From Candidatus Bathyarchaeia archaeon (GTDB lineage Archaea > Thermoproteota > Bathyarchaeia > TCS64), in NCBI GenBank assembly GCA_050014495.1, contig JBEKDF010000002.1:1-64000 (forward strand): 64,000 nucleotides of DNA, read 5' to 3'. Shown piece by piece: positions 48,295 through 58,720 of this stretch. Position 1 is the first letter of the stretch. Every line of letters starts with the position of its first letter. The notes beneath the pieces are model-generated. The model was not told the DNA's origin, made no database searches, and was given only the letters and a program-made list of their open reading frames with translations. The position numbers and the translations under genes were made by a program.

Positions 48295-48973
48295 GGCTGC
48301 GTGCCAGGTCAAGAAGGGTGACCTGCGGGTCCTTAGCCTTGACGACGCCGCTGGCGACGAGTATCCCCTCGGCCCCTAGCTTCTGTGCAGCTATCACGTC
48401 CTCACCGTTAGTTATCCCAGCGCCGCATAGAACCCTTACCTTAGGGTTTACTTGCTTTATCGCCGCTACGCTCCCTGAGATTACCTCAGGCTTAGCCTTG
48501 GAGACGGAGATGCCACTTCCGATTAGCTCTGAAGGCTCTATGGCTATGGCCTCAGGGGCGAAGGCCGCAACCTGTCTACCTTTCTCTACCGTGTCTACGC
48601 AGACAATGGATGCGAGGTCCGCCTCGCGCGCACGCTTCACCGTGTCCCTTATGACCTCGAGGGGGATCTGCCTCTCGCTGTGGTTGATGAGGGTACCTAC
48701 GCAGCCCGCCTCGGCTACTGACTCCGGGAGGATGTGGCCCGTGTACTGACCCATACCAACTGGATCGACATGTTGAGCGAAAACAGGTGTTTCGCTGCTG
48801 TCGATCACGATCTTCGAGTCGACCAGTTGAGGAGAGATAGCTATGCTCGCCCCCGTCTTTAGGTGGACCTGCTCCATGATCTTCGCGAGTCTTACTGCAT
48901 TCTCCCCCATACCCTCCCTGTAGGTCTTGAGATTGACCAAGATGAGGGGATACTTGACTAAGATGCCCTCCAT
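48284..48973 (-). CDS. tpiA: Triosephosphate isomerase, archaeal type
   Basis: NLKTY, AQHVD, INHSE, IEP.ELIG.G, CGAGI, ASGVVKA. Confidence 0.95.
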   Translation of the reverse strand: MEGILVKYPLILVNLKTYREGMGENAVRLAKIMEQVHLKTGASIAISPQLVDSKIVIDSSETPVFAQHVDPVGMGQYTGHILPESVAEAGCVGTLINHSERQIPLEVIRDTVKRAREADLASIVCVDTVEKGRQVAAFAPEAIAIEPSELIGSGISVSKAKPEVISGSVAAIKQVNPKVRVLCGAGITNGEDVIAAQKLGAEGILVASGVVKAKDPQVTLLDLARSLRH

Positions 48974-49022
48974 ATACGATACCGCTGAGTAAAGACTCTC
49001 GGCCGCTTTTGAGCTTTCCCGG

Positions 49023-49982
49023 TTAGGGATTGACCATTAGCTGGGGTGAGGCCTCGATTGGTACCGCGATACCAGAGGAGTCGAGGGTGTAGAGGTAAGT
49101 CCCAGGCTTAGATGGTATGAAGTTGAAGACATAGGTGGATTCAGTCCCAGGAGCAGCTGTAGTCTCCTTCGTGATCGTCGCCACCGGTTCCTCATCACCC
49201 TCGAGGTATATCCTACAAGTGACATTCTGTGTGATGGAGTGGACCCTGGTCGGGTTGGTTAAGACTATACCCACAGACGTCAGGTCGCCTATCCTGCCCC
49301 TTATGCTTGACCCATTCATTGTCTCCCACCCAGAACCTGTGAGTCTCAGTGTCGGTGGGAGAACTAGTGGATACTTTGTAGTCTTGAAGGGAAGCATAGC
49401 CTCGAAGAACAGGACGTTTGCCTTAGCCCTACCAGTAATCGTAACCTCCACTTCCCCCGCGTGTGCTGCTGCTGCGTCACTGACGAGCTTCTTGAAGGTA
49501 GCCCTATCCTCAACGGATAGCGTGAGGTTTCTCCTCACAAAACTAATGTAGCCCACCTTCTCCCGTGGGAAAGGATATGTGCGATTCAGCACAGTCTGGC
49601 CTTCTATCTGGAAAGTGAGATCTACATCGGATATCTCCGGCTGCGTGACTACTATAGGGCTCAGTGTGATGCTTATTAGCCACTTCCTCACATAATCGGG
49701 AGTCTGAGTGATCTGCGCCTCGGTGCTTGTGAAGCCAGGAAGTGTGACTGCTAGCCCCACATTGAGGGTCGAGTTCCTCCCCTGTATTGTCTCCCTAAGA
49801 TAGTTGGACATACCTTCTTCTGTGAAGTCGAGATTCACCGCCATCTTATTCAGCTCCCCGTAGCTACTGTAGAGGTCACCAATCTCGCGCCCAGCTAGGA
49901 TGGCTGTAAAGATGATCACCAGCTGGACGAGGCCCAGAATTTCCTCCCTGCTGACTATCTTCCCCTTATCCTTCTCCGCCAT
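49023..49982 (-). CDS. Hypothetical membrane-anchored extracellular protein (beta-rich)
   Basis: Long ORF, N-terminal TM, Thr/Val-rich beta segments, C-terminal PGTY. Confidence 0.7.
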   Translation of the reverse strand: MAEKDKGKIVSREEILGLVQLVIIFTAILAGREIGDLYSSYGELNKMAVNLDFTEEGMSNYLRETIQGRNSTLNVGLAVTLPGFTSTEAQITQTPDYVRKWLISITLSPIVVTQPEISDVDLTFQIEGQTVLNRTYPFPREKVGYISFVRRNLTLSVEDRATFKKLVSDAAAAHAGEVEVTITGRAKANVLFFEAMLPFKTTKYPLVLPPTLRLTGSGWETMNGSSIRGRIGDLTSVGIVLTNPTRVHSITQNVTCRIYLEGDEEPVATITKETTAAPGTESTYVFNFIPSKPGTYLYTLDSSGIAVPIEASPQLMVNP

Positions 49983-50210
49983 CGATCTGACTGGAGTTAC
50001 CGTCCCATATTACATTTCTTAATTAAAAATGAAAATGTGACATTTCTGACGCGACATAGACAGAGGTTTAAATAAATGAAAGCCGGTGATTGTAGGGATC
50101 AAAACTCACAAGAAGAATAAATATCACTCGGAGTTACTCGGCTGAGCCGAGGCAACGTGTTTTAATAACCCTGACAAGCTATTCGATCGAAAACTTCGGG
50201 GGAGTTAACA

Positions 50211-52346
50211 ATGAAGGAATTTAAGAACCGCATATTAATTACATCTGCGCTCATCTACGCCAACGGGCCTGTCCACATAGGCCACCTTTTGGAGAACACC
50301 CAGACAGACATCTATGTCAGATTTCTCAAGCTCAACGGCCATGATGCGTTTTACTGTGGGGCAGAGGACACACATGGGGCTCCCATTGAGATAGCGGCTG
50401 CGAAACAGGGTGTAACCCCTGAGCAGTTCATCGACAGGTGGGTGAAGGAGCACGAGGAGGACTACAGGCGGTACAACATCGACTACGACAGCTACTACAC
50501 CACAAACAGCCCCGAGAACAAGATGTACACGGAGCTAATCTTCAAGCGCCTCGTAGACGCGGGACACATCTACACGAAGGAGATCGAGCTCACATACTGC
50601 GAGCATTGCAAGAGGTACCTCCCTGACAGGTACGTTAAGGGGACATGCCCCAAGTGTGGGGCTAAGGACCAGTATGGTGATGTCTGCGAACACTGCAACG
50701 CAACTTATGCCACAACGGATCTCGACGAGCCCTACTGCAGCATCTGTGGCTCCACCCCTATCAGGAAGCCAAGCCGCCACTACTTCTTCCGACTCAACGA
50801 CTTCAGCGACAAGCTCCGCACCTGGCTCAATGGGAACAAGAACCTGCAACCTGAGATTAGGAACCAGATTCTGAGCTGGGTGGATCAGGGGCTCCAGGAC
50901 TGGTGCATAAGCAGGGACGGCCCATACTTCGGATTTAAGATACCAGGTGAGGAGGACAAGTACTTCTACGTTTGGCTCGACGCCCCCATCGGCTACATAG
51001 CCTCGACAGCGAACTACTGCAGGGATAAACCATTCACAGCGGACGACATCTGGCAGAAGCCAGACTCTACGATCATCCACGTAATTGGGAAGGACATTAT
51101 CTACTTCCACCTCCTCTTCTGGCCCGCCGTACTAATGGGCAGCGGCTTCCACGTCCCCGACAACATCATCGTCCACGGCTTCCTCAATGTAAACGGGGAG
51201 AAGATGAGTAAGAGTCGCGGCACATTCCTCACCGCCAGCGAGTTCGCGGACCTCCTCGACCCCGAGTTACTCCGATATTTCTACGCTGCCAACCTCAGCC
51301 ACACCATGACCGACATCGACTTAGACCTAAAGACCCTCCAGGACAAGGTCAACAACGAACTCGTCAGCAACATCGCAAATCTCGTCTATAGGACCCTCAG
51401 CTTCCTCGACAAGAATTTCGAAAGCACAATAACGACGACCCTCAATAAGGAGCTACTCACTGAAGTAACGAAAAAGGCAGAGGAAGTCAGGAACAGCTAC
51501 TACGACCTCAACTTCCGTGAAGCCGTGGCAAAGACACTGGAGATCAGCACAATCGGCAACAAGTACTTCCAAGACAACAAGCCATGGGAGCTAGTAAAGA
51601 TCGACAAGGAGAAGGCTCAGGGGGTCTTGACAGACTGCGTCAACATCGTCAAAACGGTGACTATCCTCATGAAACCGATCACCCCCGTATTCTCCGAGGG
51701 GGTCGAGGAGCAGCTATACTTACACAACCTCAAGTGGGCTGATGTTAACCGCGTCGTCGAGAACCACCGAATCGCCGGAGCAAAAATAATCCTTAGGAAG
51801 ATTGATTCTATAGTGCTTAAAAAGCCGGGAGAGGGGTCAAAGGCTGAAACGAAGAGGGAAGAGAAGCCTACAAAGCCTACTGGTCCGGCGGCCCTTGACC
51901 TACGCGTCGGAGTAGTCACCGAGGTAAAGGACCACCCTCAGACTGACAAGCTATACATCCTCAAGATCGACCTCGGCTCGGAGCAGAGGCAGCTCTGTGC
52001 CGGGCTCAAGCCACACTACACTAAAGAGGAGCTACTTGGTAAGCACCTAGTTGTTGTAACTAACCTGAAGCCCGCGAAGCTGCGTGGGGAGCTGAGTCAG
52101 GGGATGCTACTAGCAGCCGACTCGGGCAGCGTGATAGGTGTCCTTAACGCGCCGGATAGCCCACCAGGGACGCAGGTAATCGCCGAAGGCATCTCCGGGA
52201 AGAGTGCCATACAGATTGAGATCGGGGATATAGCTGCCCTAACGCTCGAGGCGAAGGCTGGGAAGGCTTACGTTAATGGTAAGCAGCTGGGGACGGAGAA
52301 GGAAACGGTTCGCGTCGATAAAGGCGTAGAAGGCAGAATCAGATAG
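50211..52346 (+). CDS. metG: Methionine--tRNA ligase with C-terminal tRNA-binding domain
   Basis: HIGH, zinc knuckles, YVWLDAP, KMSKS, Trbp111-like tail. Confidence 0.97.
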   Translation: MKEFKNRILITSALIYANGPVHIGHLLENTQTDIYVRFLKLNGHDAFYCGAEDTHGAPIEIAAAKQGVTPEQFIDRWVKEHEEDYRRYNIDYDSYYTTNSPENKMYTELIFKRLVDAGHIYTKEIELTYCEHCKRYLPDRYVKGTCPKCGAKDQYGDVCEHCNATYATTDLDEPYCSICGSTPIRKPSRHYFFRLNDFSDKLRTWLNGNKNLQPEIRNQILSWVDQGLQDWCISRDGPYFGFKIPGEEDKYFYVWLDAPIGYIASTANYCRDKPFTADDIWQKPDSTIIHVIGKDIIYFHLLFWPAVLMGSGFHVPDNIIVHGFLNVNGEKMSKSRGTFLTASEFADLLDPELLRYFYAANLSHTMTDIDLDLKTLQDKVNNELVSNIANLVYRTLSFLDKNFESTITTTLNKELLTEVTKKAEEVRNSYYDLNFREAVAKTLEISTIGNKYFQDNKPWELVKIDKEKAQGVLTDCVNIVKTVTILMKPITPVFSEGVEEQLYLHNLKWADVNRVVENHRIAGAKIILRKIDSIVLKKPGEGSKAETKREEKPTKPTGPAALDLRVGVVTEVKDHPQTDKLYILKIDLGSEQRQLCAGLKPHYTKEELLGKHLVVVTNLKPAKLRGELSQGMLLAADSGSVIGVLNAPDSPPGTQVIAEGISGKSAIQIEIGDIAALTLEAKAGKAYVNGKQLGTEKETVRVDKGVEGRIR

Positions 52347-52432
52347 CATATCTCCCACTTTACCCCCAACTCAGGGTATTTTCCCCTGACTCCTTAAATT
52401 AGGGGACCCCTCAGAGGACCCAGTGAAGACCT

Positions 52433-54505
52433 TTGGCACGCGACCCAGTCTGCGGGATGTACGTTGACGAGGATCACGCTGCCTTCAAGGTCGAGCAGGG
52501 TGGTAAGACCTATTACTTCTGCAGCGAGGGTTGCATGCTCACCTTCCAGCAGCCCGACAAGGAACTGAAGAAACTCAAGAATCTCGCGATCTTCAGCCTA
52601 ATTCTCGGTGCCCTGACATTCATCGTGATGTTCGCAAATCTTCCACTCCCACTGCTCCCAATGGAGTGGTGGGCATTCCTCCTCGCGACTCCCGTTCAGT
52701 TCGTTGCGGGGTGGAGGTACTACCGTGGGGCGTGGGGTGCGTTGAAGGCTAGGACCGCCAACATGGACACCCTGATAGTCATAGGATCGACCACCGCCTG
52801 GGCCTACAGTACGTTCGTCGTGCTCTTCCCCCAGTGGGCGCCAAGCATGGACATCTACTTCGACGCCTCAGCCCTCATATTAGCCCTCATCCTGATTGGG
52901 AAGTACCTTGAGGAGGTCGCCAGGGGCCGGGCCTCGGATGCTGTGAGAAAGCTCCTCGACCTCCAGCCACCAATGGCACGGATAGTCAGAGAGAATGGCT
53001 CTGAGGATGAGGTCGGCGTCGAGACCATCATGCCGATGGACATTCTCCGCGTCAAGCCGGGGGAGCGCATACCCCTCGACGGCGTCATCGTCGACGGGAT
53101 AAGCAGTGTCGACGAGAGCATGATCACGGGTGAGAGTGTCCCAGTATCGAAGAAGGTGGGGGACGAGGTCATCGGTGGCACGATGAATAAGGAGGGGAGC
53201 TTCAAGATGGACGTCACCAAGATTGGGATGAATACAACCCTCCAGCAGATAGTGCAGATGGTGGAGGAAGCGCAGCTCAGCAAGGCTCCCATACAGCGCT
53301 TCGCCGACACGATCGCGGCCTACTTCACCCCCACAATACTAATCATAGCCACCCTATCCGCCCTAGGCTGGTTCTACATCGCCCACGAGACCTTCGGCGT
53401 CGCTTTCACAACATTCATTGCAGTCGTAATTGTGGCCTGCCCCTGCGCGATGGGAATAGCCACACCGACGGCCATCCTGGTCGGCGCTGGGCTCGGAGCC
53501 CAGAACGGTATACTCATCAAGAACGGCGAGTTCCTTGAGAAGGCACGTAGCCTACAGGTCGTCGCATTCGATAAAACTGGTACTCTCACTAAAGGTGAGC
53601 TAGCTGTAACAGATGTCGTGGGCGATAAGCCCGACGAGCTACTCCTCGCAGCCGCAAGCCTCGAGAAGCTAAGCGAGCATCCCATCGGCACCGCAATCGT
53701 GAGGAAAGCTGAGGAGAAGGGGCTCAAGATATTTGATCCCACTAACTTCGAAGCACTAGCGGGCAGGGGGGTCAAGGGATCCATCGGGAGTAGAAGATAC
53801 GTCGTTGGAACCAGCCGCCTCATGGAGGAGGTGAAGGTTGAGATACCTGACGAGGTGAAGAGGCAGGCCGAGTCCCTCTACGACCAGGGGAAGACCCTCG
53901 CCTTCGTGGCAGCAAACGATAAGGTGGTCGGTATAATCGCTGTCGCGGACCAGATTAAGGAGAACGCACCTAAGGCTGTGAAGAAGCTCATCGACATGGG
54001 CCTCAAGGTCATCATGATAACCGGCGACAACAAGAGAACGGCCGATGCCATAGCGAAGCAAGTTGGCATAAACGACTATAGAGCTGAGGTCCTCCCCGAG
54101 GACAAGGTGAAGGTCGTCAAGGAGCTGCAGAAGGAGGGATTAATCGTCGCCATGGTTGGAGACGGCGTAAACGACGCTCCCGCCCTCGCCGCCAGCGATG
54201 TGGGCATCGCCCTCGGTAGCGGCACGGACATCGCCATTGAGACGGGAGGAATCGTCCTCATAAAGAACAACCTCGAGGACGTAGCGAGGGCCATCGACCT
54301 CAGCAAGCGCACATACAATAAGATCAAGCAGAACCTCTTCTGGGCCTTCGCCTATAATACGGCGCTTATCCCAGTCGCCGCCGGTGTCCTCATTCCCTGG
54401 GGGCTACAGATGAACCCCATACTCGCCGCTGGCGCGATGGCGATGAGCAGCATAACAGTTGTCAGCAACAGCCTCCTGCTCCGCAGGTGGAAACCAAGGG
54501 AATAG
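52433..54505 (+). CDS. copA: Copper-exporting P1B-1 ATPase with N-terminal YHS/TRASH domain
   Basis: DPVCGM..YYFCS..C, CPC, DKTGT, YN, MAMSS. Confidence 0.93.
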   Translation: MARDPVCGMYVDEDHAAFKVEQGGKTYYFCSEGCMLTFQQPDKELKKLKNLAIFSLILGALTFIVMFANLPLPLLPMEWWAFLLATPVQFVAGWRYYRGAWGALKARTANMDTLIVIGSTTAWAYSTFVVLFPQWAPSMDIYFDASALILALILIGKYLEEVARGRASDAVRKLLDLQPPMARIVRENGSEDEVGVETIMPMDILRVKPGERIPLDGVIVDGISSVDESMITGESVPVSKKVGDEVIGGTMNKEGSFKMDVTKIGMNTTLQQIVQMVEEAQLSKAPIQRFADTIAAYFTPTILIIATLSALGWFYIAHETFGVAFTTFIAVVIVACPCAMGIATPTAILVGAGLGAQNGILIKNGEFLEKARSLQVVAFDKTGTLTKGELAVTDVVGDKPDELLLAAASLEKLSEHPIGTAIVRKAEEKGLKIFDPTNFEALAGRGVKGSIGSRRYVVGTSRLMEEVKVEIPDEVKRQAESLYDQGKTLAFVAANDKVVGIIAVADQIKENAPKAVKKLIDMGLKVIMITGDNKRTADAIAKQVGINDYRAEVLPEDKVKVVKELQKEGLIVAMVGDGVNDAPALAASDVGIALGSGTDIAIETGGIVLIKNNLEDVARAIDLSKRTYNKIKQNLFWAFAYNTALIPVAAGVLIPWGLQMNPILAAGAMAMSSITVVSNSLLLRRWKPRE

Positions 54506-54507
54506 CC

Positions 54508-55086
54508 ATGGCCGATGTCACGAAGGAGATCGGGATCACCCGAATGGACTGCCCGACATGCGTCGTAACATTAGAGAAGTCAGTGATGAAGGTCCTCGGT
54601 GTAAGGAAGGCCCAGGGCAACTATCTCAAGAAGACGCTAAAGGTCACCTACGACGAGACGATCCCCTTAGCTGCCATAGAGAAGGCGATTGAGGATGTTG
54701 GCTACCAGGTCGCCTATAAAAAGTATCCGAGTCCCCTATCAAAGCTGAGAGGCTTATTCAGCAGAGGAGAGTCTAATGAGATAACCCCCATCACGGACCC
54801 CGAGTTCCGGGACAAGGTGCTTGGCTCCGCGAAGTCCGTCGCTGTACTCTTCAGTAGCGAGGGTTGCCCAGCCTGCCAGGTTCTCAAGCCCCAGATTAAG
54901 GCCCTTGCCGAGAAGCAGGCGTCGATGGTCAACTTCTACGAGATGGACGTCACCCAAACGGAGTCTTGGAAGGAGTACCACGTCATGGGTATCCCCACCA
55001 TCCTCATCTTCAGAGGCGGGGAACCTGCGAAGCGATTCGGCGCCATGCTTAGGGTCGACGAACTGGAGAAAGCACTCACCTTATGA
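54508..55086 (+). CDS. HMA metallochaperone-thioredoxin fusion protein
   Basis: MDCPTC HMA domain ending IEDVGY; Trx domain with CPAC and GIPT. Confidence 0.82.
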   Translation: MADVTKEIGITRMDCPTCVVTLEKSVMKVLGVRKAQGNYLKKTLKVTYDETIPLAAIEKAIEDVGYQVAYKKYPSPLSKLRGLFSRGESNEITPITDPEFRDKVLGSAKSVAVLFSSEGCPACQVLKPQIKALAEKQASMVNFYEMDVTQTESWKEYHVMGIPTILIFRGGEPAKRFGAMLRVDELEKALTL

Positions 55087-55112
55087 CCGGCAAATTTGAG
55101 GTAATTTTATAG

Positions 55113-56951
55113 ATGAGCCCCCGGTATTCATCAAAGCCCCCGGTGCACAGCGTGAACACACTCCACCACAACAGCGTCATAGTCCCCCCGAAGTACATAG
55201 GCCGAGGCCTCTCCATACAGATCAAAGGCCAACTCACGAAACTAAACGACCAGCAGGAGGAGATGGCCATCTCCTGGGCGAAGAAGGTCGGTACCCCCTA
55301 CGTTGACGACCCCAAATTCGCCGAGAACTTCCATGAGGACTTTGGCAAGGCTCTCGGCGTGAAGCTCCTTCCTGGTGATGTCGAGTTCAGTGATATCATA
55401 CAGCTAGTGCAGAGGGAGAGGGAGGAGAAGCAGAACCTTCCCCCCGAGGTGAAGAAGGCGCAGGCTGTAGAGAGGAAGGCCCTGCGCGATGCTAACAAGG
55501 AGAAGTACGGCTACGCTACCGTAGACGGGCAGCGCATGGAGCTCGGTAACTACAACGTGGAGCCCAACAGCATATTCATGGGGCGCGGCCAGCACCCCTG
55601 GAGGGGCAGGTGGAAGCAGGGCCCAACCTACGAGGACATCGAGCTCAACCTCAGCCCAGACGCACCTAGACCCCCAGGTAACTGGAAGGCGATTGTCTGG
55701 GAGCCGGACACAATGTGGATAGCCCGCTGGACCGACAAGCTCAGTGGTAAGAAGAAGTACGTCTGGCCCGGGGACGCGAGCTTCCTCAAGCAGAGGAAGG
55801 ACATGGAGAAGTACGAGAAGGCGCGCTCCCTCAAGGAGAAGCTCGACGAGGTAAAGGCACACATCGAAGGCAACCTAACCACCGAGGACCTGAAGAGACG
55901 TAAGACGGCGACGGTCTGCTACCTCATCGACCGCCTCAAGTTCAGGGTCGGTGACGAGAAGGACGATGAAGACGAGGCCGACACTGTGGGCGCGAGCACG
56001 CTCCGTCCCGAGCACGTATGCTTCAACAGGGATGGTTCCGTCACCTTCAACTTCTTGGGCAAGGACTCGGTGCCGATGAATATCACAGCCCAACTCCCAC
56101 CGAAGGTTGTGCAGAACCTACGCGACTTCGCCGCAGGCGCGGGGAAGGAGAGCCTATTCGAGGGCATAAACTCGGGCCACGTTGGCGACTTCCTCAAGGA
56201 GATAATGGAAGGGCTCAGCGCCAAGGTCTTCAGGACCCTTTATGCAACCGACGCCGTCGGTGGAAAGCTCTCTACTCAGCTGGTGAAGCCCGAGGACCCA
56301 GACTATATCAAGCGCCAAGTTGCCCTCAAGGCTAACTTAGAGGCAGCCATAGTCTGCAACCATAAGCGTACCATCCCCAAGACGTGGCAGCAGAGCCTCC
56401 AGAAGAAGAAGGACCGCTTGAAACAGCTTGAGGCTAAGGCCACTGCCTATGAGAAGGCGATCCGCCAGAAGTTAGCGGATGGCGAGAAGAAGTACCGAGA
56501 GAAGCTCGTGGAAGCTGAAAAGAGGCTCGCCGAAGCGGAGAAGAGGGAGGAAGAGCTACGTGCGCAGCTCGCAGAGGTCGAGAAGGCTTGCGGTGACCAG
56601 AAGACCCCGAGGAAGCGCCTATCATCCGCTCGGGAGAAGACCAAATCGGTCCGGGATCACATAAGGAAGCTTAAAAATGCCTATATCACTGCCTCGCTGA
56701 AGGAGAAGCAGCAGTTAGAAGGGAAGCGTCTACGTGGAAGGGAGGCCATCGAGAGGATGAGGCTACAGGTCGAGGCCCAGGAGATGACGCGTGACTACAA
56801 CCTTGGCACGAGCTTGAAGAACTACATCGACCCTCGAATCTACTACGATTGGGGGAAGAAGGTGAGCTTTGACTGGCGCAGCTACTACCCCAAGACGCTT
56901 CAGAAAAAGTTCAGTTGGATCGAAGAGCAGCCCGAAGACGAAGAATCATAA
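55113..56951 (+). CDS. DNA topoisomerase IB, eukaryote-like
   Basis: F.GRG.HP..G..K; catalytic FRVG, GKD, KVFRT, CNHKR, TSLKNYIDPR. Confidence 0.95.
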   Translation: MSPRYSSKPPVHSVNTLHHNSVIVPPKYIGRGLSIQIKGQLTKLNDQQEEMAISWAKKVGTPYVDDPKFAENFHEDFGKALGVKLLPGDVEFSDIIQLVQREREEKQNLPPEVKKAQAVERKALRDANKEKYGYATVDGQRMELGNYNVEPNSIFMGRGQHPWRGRWKQGPTYEDIELNLSPDAPRPPGNWKAIVWEPDTMWIARWTDKLSGKKKYVWPGDASFLKQRKDMEKYEKARSLKEKLDEVKAHIEGNLTTEDLKRRKTATVCYLIDRLKFRVGDEKDDEDEADTVGASTLRPEHVCFNRDGSVTFNFLGKDSVPMNITAQLPPKVVQNLRDFAAGAGKESLFEGINSGHVGDFLKEIMEGLSAKVFRTLYATDAVGGKLSTQLVKPEDPDYIKRQVALKANLEAAIVCNHKRTIPKTWQQSLQKKKDRLKQLEAKATAYEKAIRQKLADGEKKYREKLVEAEKRLAEAEKREEELRAQLAEVEKACGDQKTPRKRLSSAREKTKSVRDHIRKLKNAYITASLKEKQQLEGKRLRGREAIERMRLQVEAQEMTRDYNLGTSLKNYIDPRIYYDWGKKVSFDWRSYYPKTLQKKFSWIEEQPEDEES

Positions 56952-56975
56952 GCTCGGTACACACCCTTCAACCCT

Positions 56976-57773
56976 ATGAGAAACCTGGTTAAGCACAAGC
57001 TCAAGGCCGGGAAACCGGCAATAGGGACCTGGGTGTCGATTGGTCACCCCGACATGACTATGTACCTAGCGGACATGGGCTTCGATTGGCTTGTATGCGA
57101 CATGGAGCACAGCGCATATGGCCCTGAGACCTACCATAGCCTCGTCCAGGGGATGCTCTACGCCCGTGATAAATGCATGCCGTTGGCGCGTATCCCGTGG
57201 ATAGACCTAATCTGGTGCAAGAAGGTGCTGGACGCTGGCGCGATGGGTTTGGTCCTGCCTCGCGTGGAGTCTGCGAAGATGGCGAAGGAGGCCGTCCGTC
57301 TAATGAAGTACCCTCCACAGGGCGAGAGGGGGGCGGGACCGCGCCTCGCGGCGTTCCGTGACCCAGACTACTTCAAGACGGCGAACGATGAGATACTCGT
57401 CATCCCCATGATTGAGACGGTCGAGGGGGTGGAAAAGCTCGACGAGATATTCAGCGTCGAGGGGGTCGACGCCTGCTTCGTGGGGCCGAGCGACCTCAGC
57501 CTCGACATGGGCATCCACAAGCAGTATACGAACCCCAAGTTCATCGAGGCCCTCGATAAGGTAGTGGATGCGGGGCGCGAGCACGGCGTCGCACCTGGGA
57601 TGCACTGCTTCGTCACTCAGGATGCCACGGACATAAACGATGCCATCAAGCGTGGATTCAGGTTCTGCGCTCTAGATACCGACCTTGGCTACCTGAGCCG
57701 CTCGGTGAAGACGACCCTCGGCTACGTCAAGGGGTGGAAACCGGGTGAAGGCGGAGAGGCACCAGCAGTCTAA
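56976..57773 (+). CDS. HpcH/HpaI aldolase family protein
   Basis: DMEHS, LDAGA.G, YPP.G.RG, MIET, GPSDLS. Confidence 0.92.
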   Translation: MRNLVKHKLKAGKPAIGTWVSIGHPDMTMYLADMGFDWLVCDMEHSAYGPETYHSLVQGMLYARDKCMPLARIPWIDLIWCKKVLDAGAMGLVLPRVESAKMAKEAVRLMKYPPQGERGAGPRLAAFRDPDYFKTANDEILVIPMIETVEGVEKLDEIFSVEGVDACFVGPSDLSLDMGIHKQYTNPKFIEALDKVVDAGREHGVAPGMHCFVTQDATDINDAIKRGFRFCALDTDLGYLSRSVKTTLGYVKGWKPGEGGEAPAV

Positions 57774-57804
57774 GCCTATATTCTAATCCTCCTCTTTCTA
57801 ACCC

Positions 57805-58720
57805 CTGATAACCCCCGCTGACGTAAGCGGCCTCAAAATCACGACGATTCTCGACAATCTCACACAGAGCACCGGTCCAGTGGGACACTGGGGATTCTCC
57901 GCTCTTCTCAACTATGAGGTGACGGGCTTTCGGAGGGGCGTCCTCCTCGACACCGGAAGCGACCGGGACTGCTTCCTCAGAAACCTCAAGGAGTTGAAGA
58001 TAGACCTAGCTGGATTAGACGCCATAGTGCTAAGCCACGGACACTATGATCACACATCCGCCACGGTGGAGGCCGTGAAGGCGGCGGGTGGTGTGAAAGT
58101 ATTCGCCCACCCCTCTGCGTTCTCGCCGTCATTCATAGTCAACGAGAAGGGAGAGAGGCGTAAAATATCCATCCCCGAGGGGCAGGGGCTCGCGGAGATC
58201 GAGGCGGCAGGGGGTAAGATGATATTATCTCGTATCCCCGTCGAGGTCACACCCGGCGTCTGGGCCACCGGTGAGGTCCCGAGGAAAAGCTTCGAGACCA
58301 TCATGGAGCTGGGCAGGTCGCGGCTGGTGAAGGTCGAGGGAGGCTCCGAGAAAGGGGATCAGATCCCCGATGACCAATCCCTTTTCCTCCATGAGAGGGG
58401 TGTCGGGCTCGTCGTGGTTACCGGATGTACACACTCCGGTCCCCTAAACATCCTGAGCCACGTAGAAGCTCTGGTGGGGGATATGGTGAGGGCGATTATT
58501 GGTGGGACACACCTCACAGGTAGGAGCCGAGTATACCTACATGACAATCGATGGGCTGAGGCAATTCGACCTCCAACTTTTATCCCCCTGCCACTGCACC
58601 GAGTTCAAGGCGATGGCTGAACTAGCTCGAACCTTCCCTACCACCTTCGAGTTAAATTACTCGGAGAGAACGCTTGAGCCTGAGAAGATACTCTGGGAAA
58701 GAGAAAAAGGTAGTCTATAG
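57805..58720 (+). pseudogene. MBL-fold metallo-hydrolase, CTG start, frameshift near 58528
   Basis: LKITTILDN..GHWGFS, DTG, SHGHYDH, GC.H.G, GGTHL; PCHCT lies in another frame. Confidence 0.8.
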
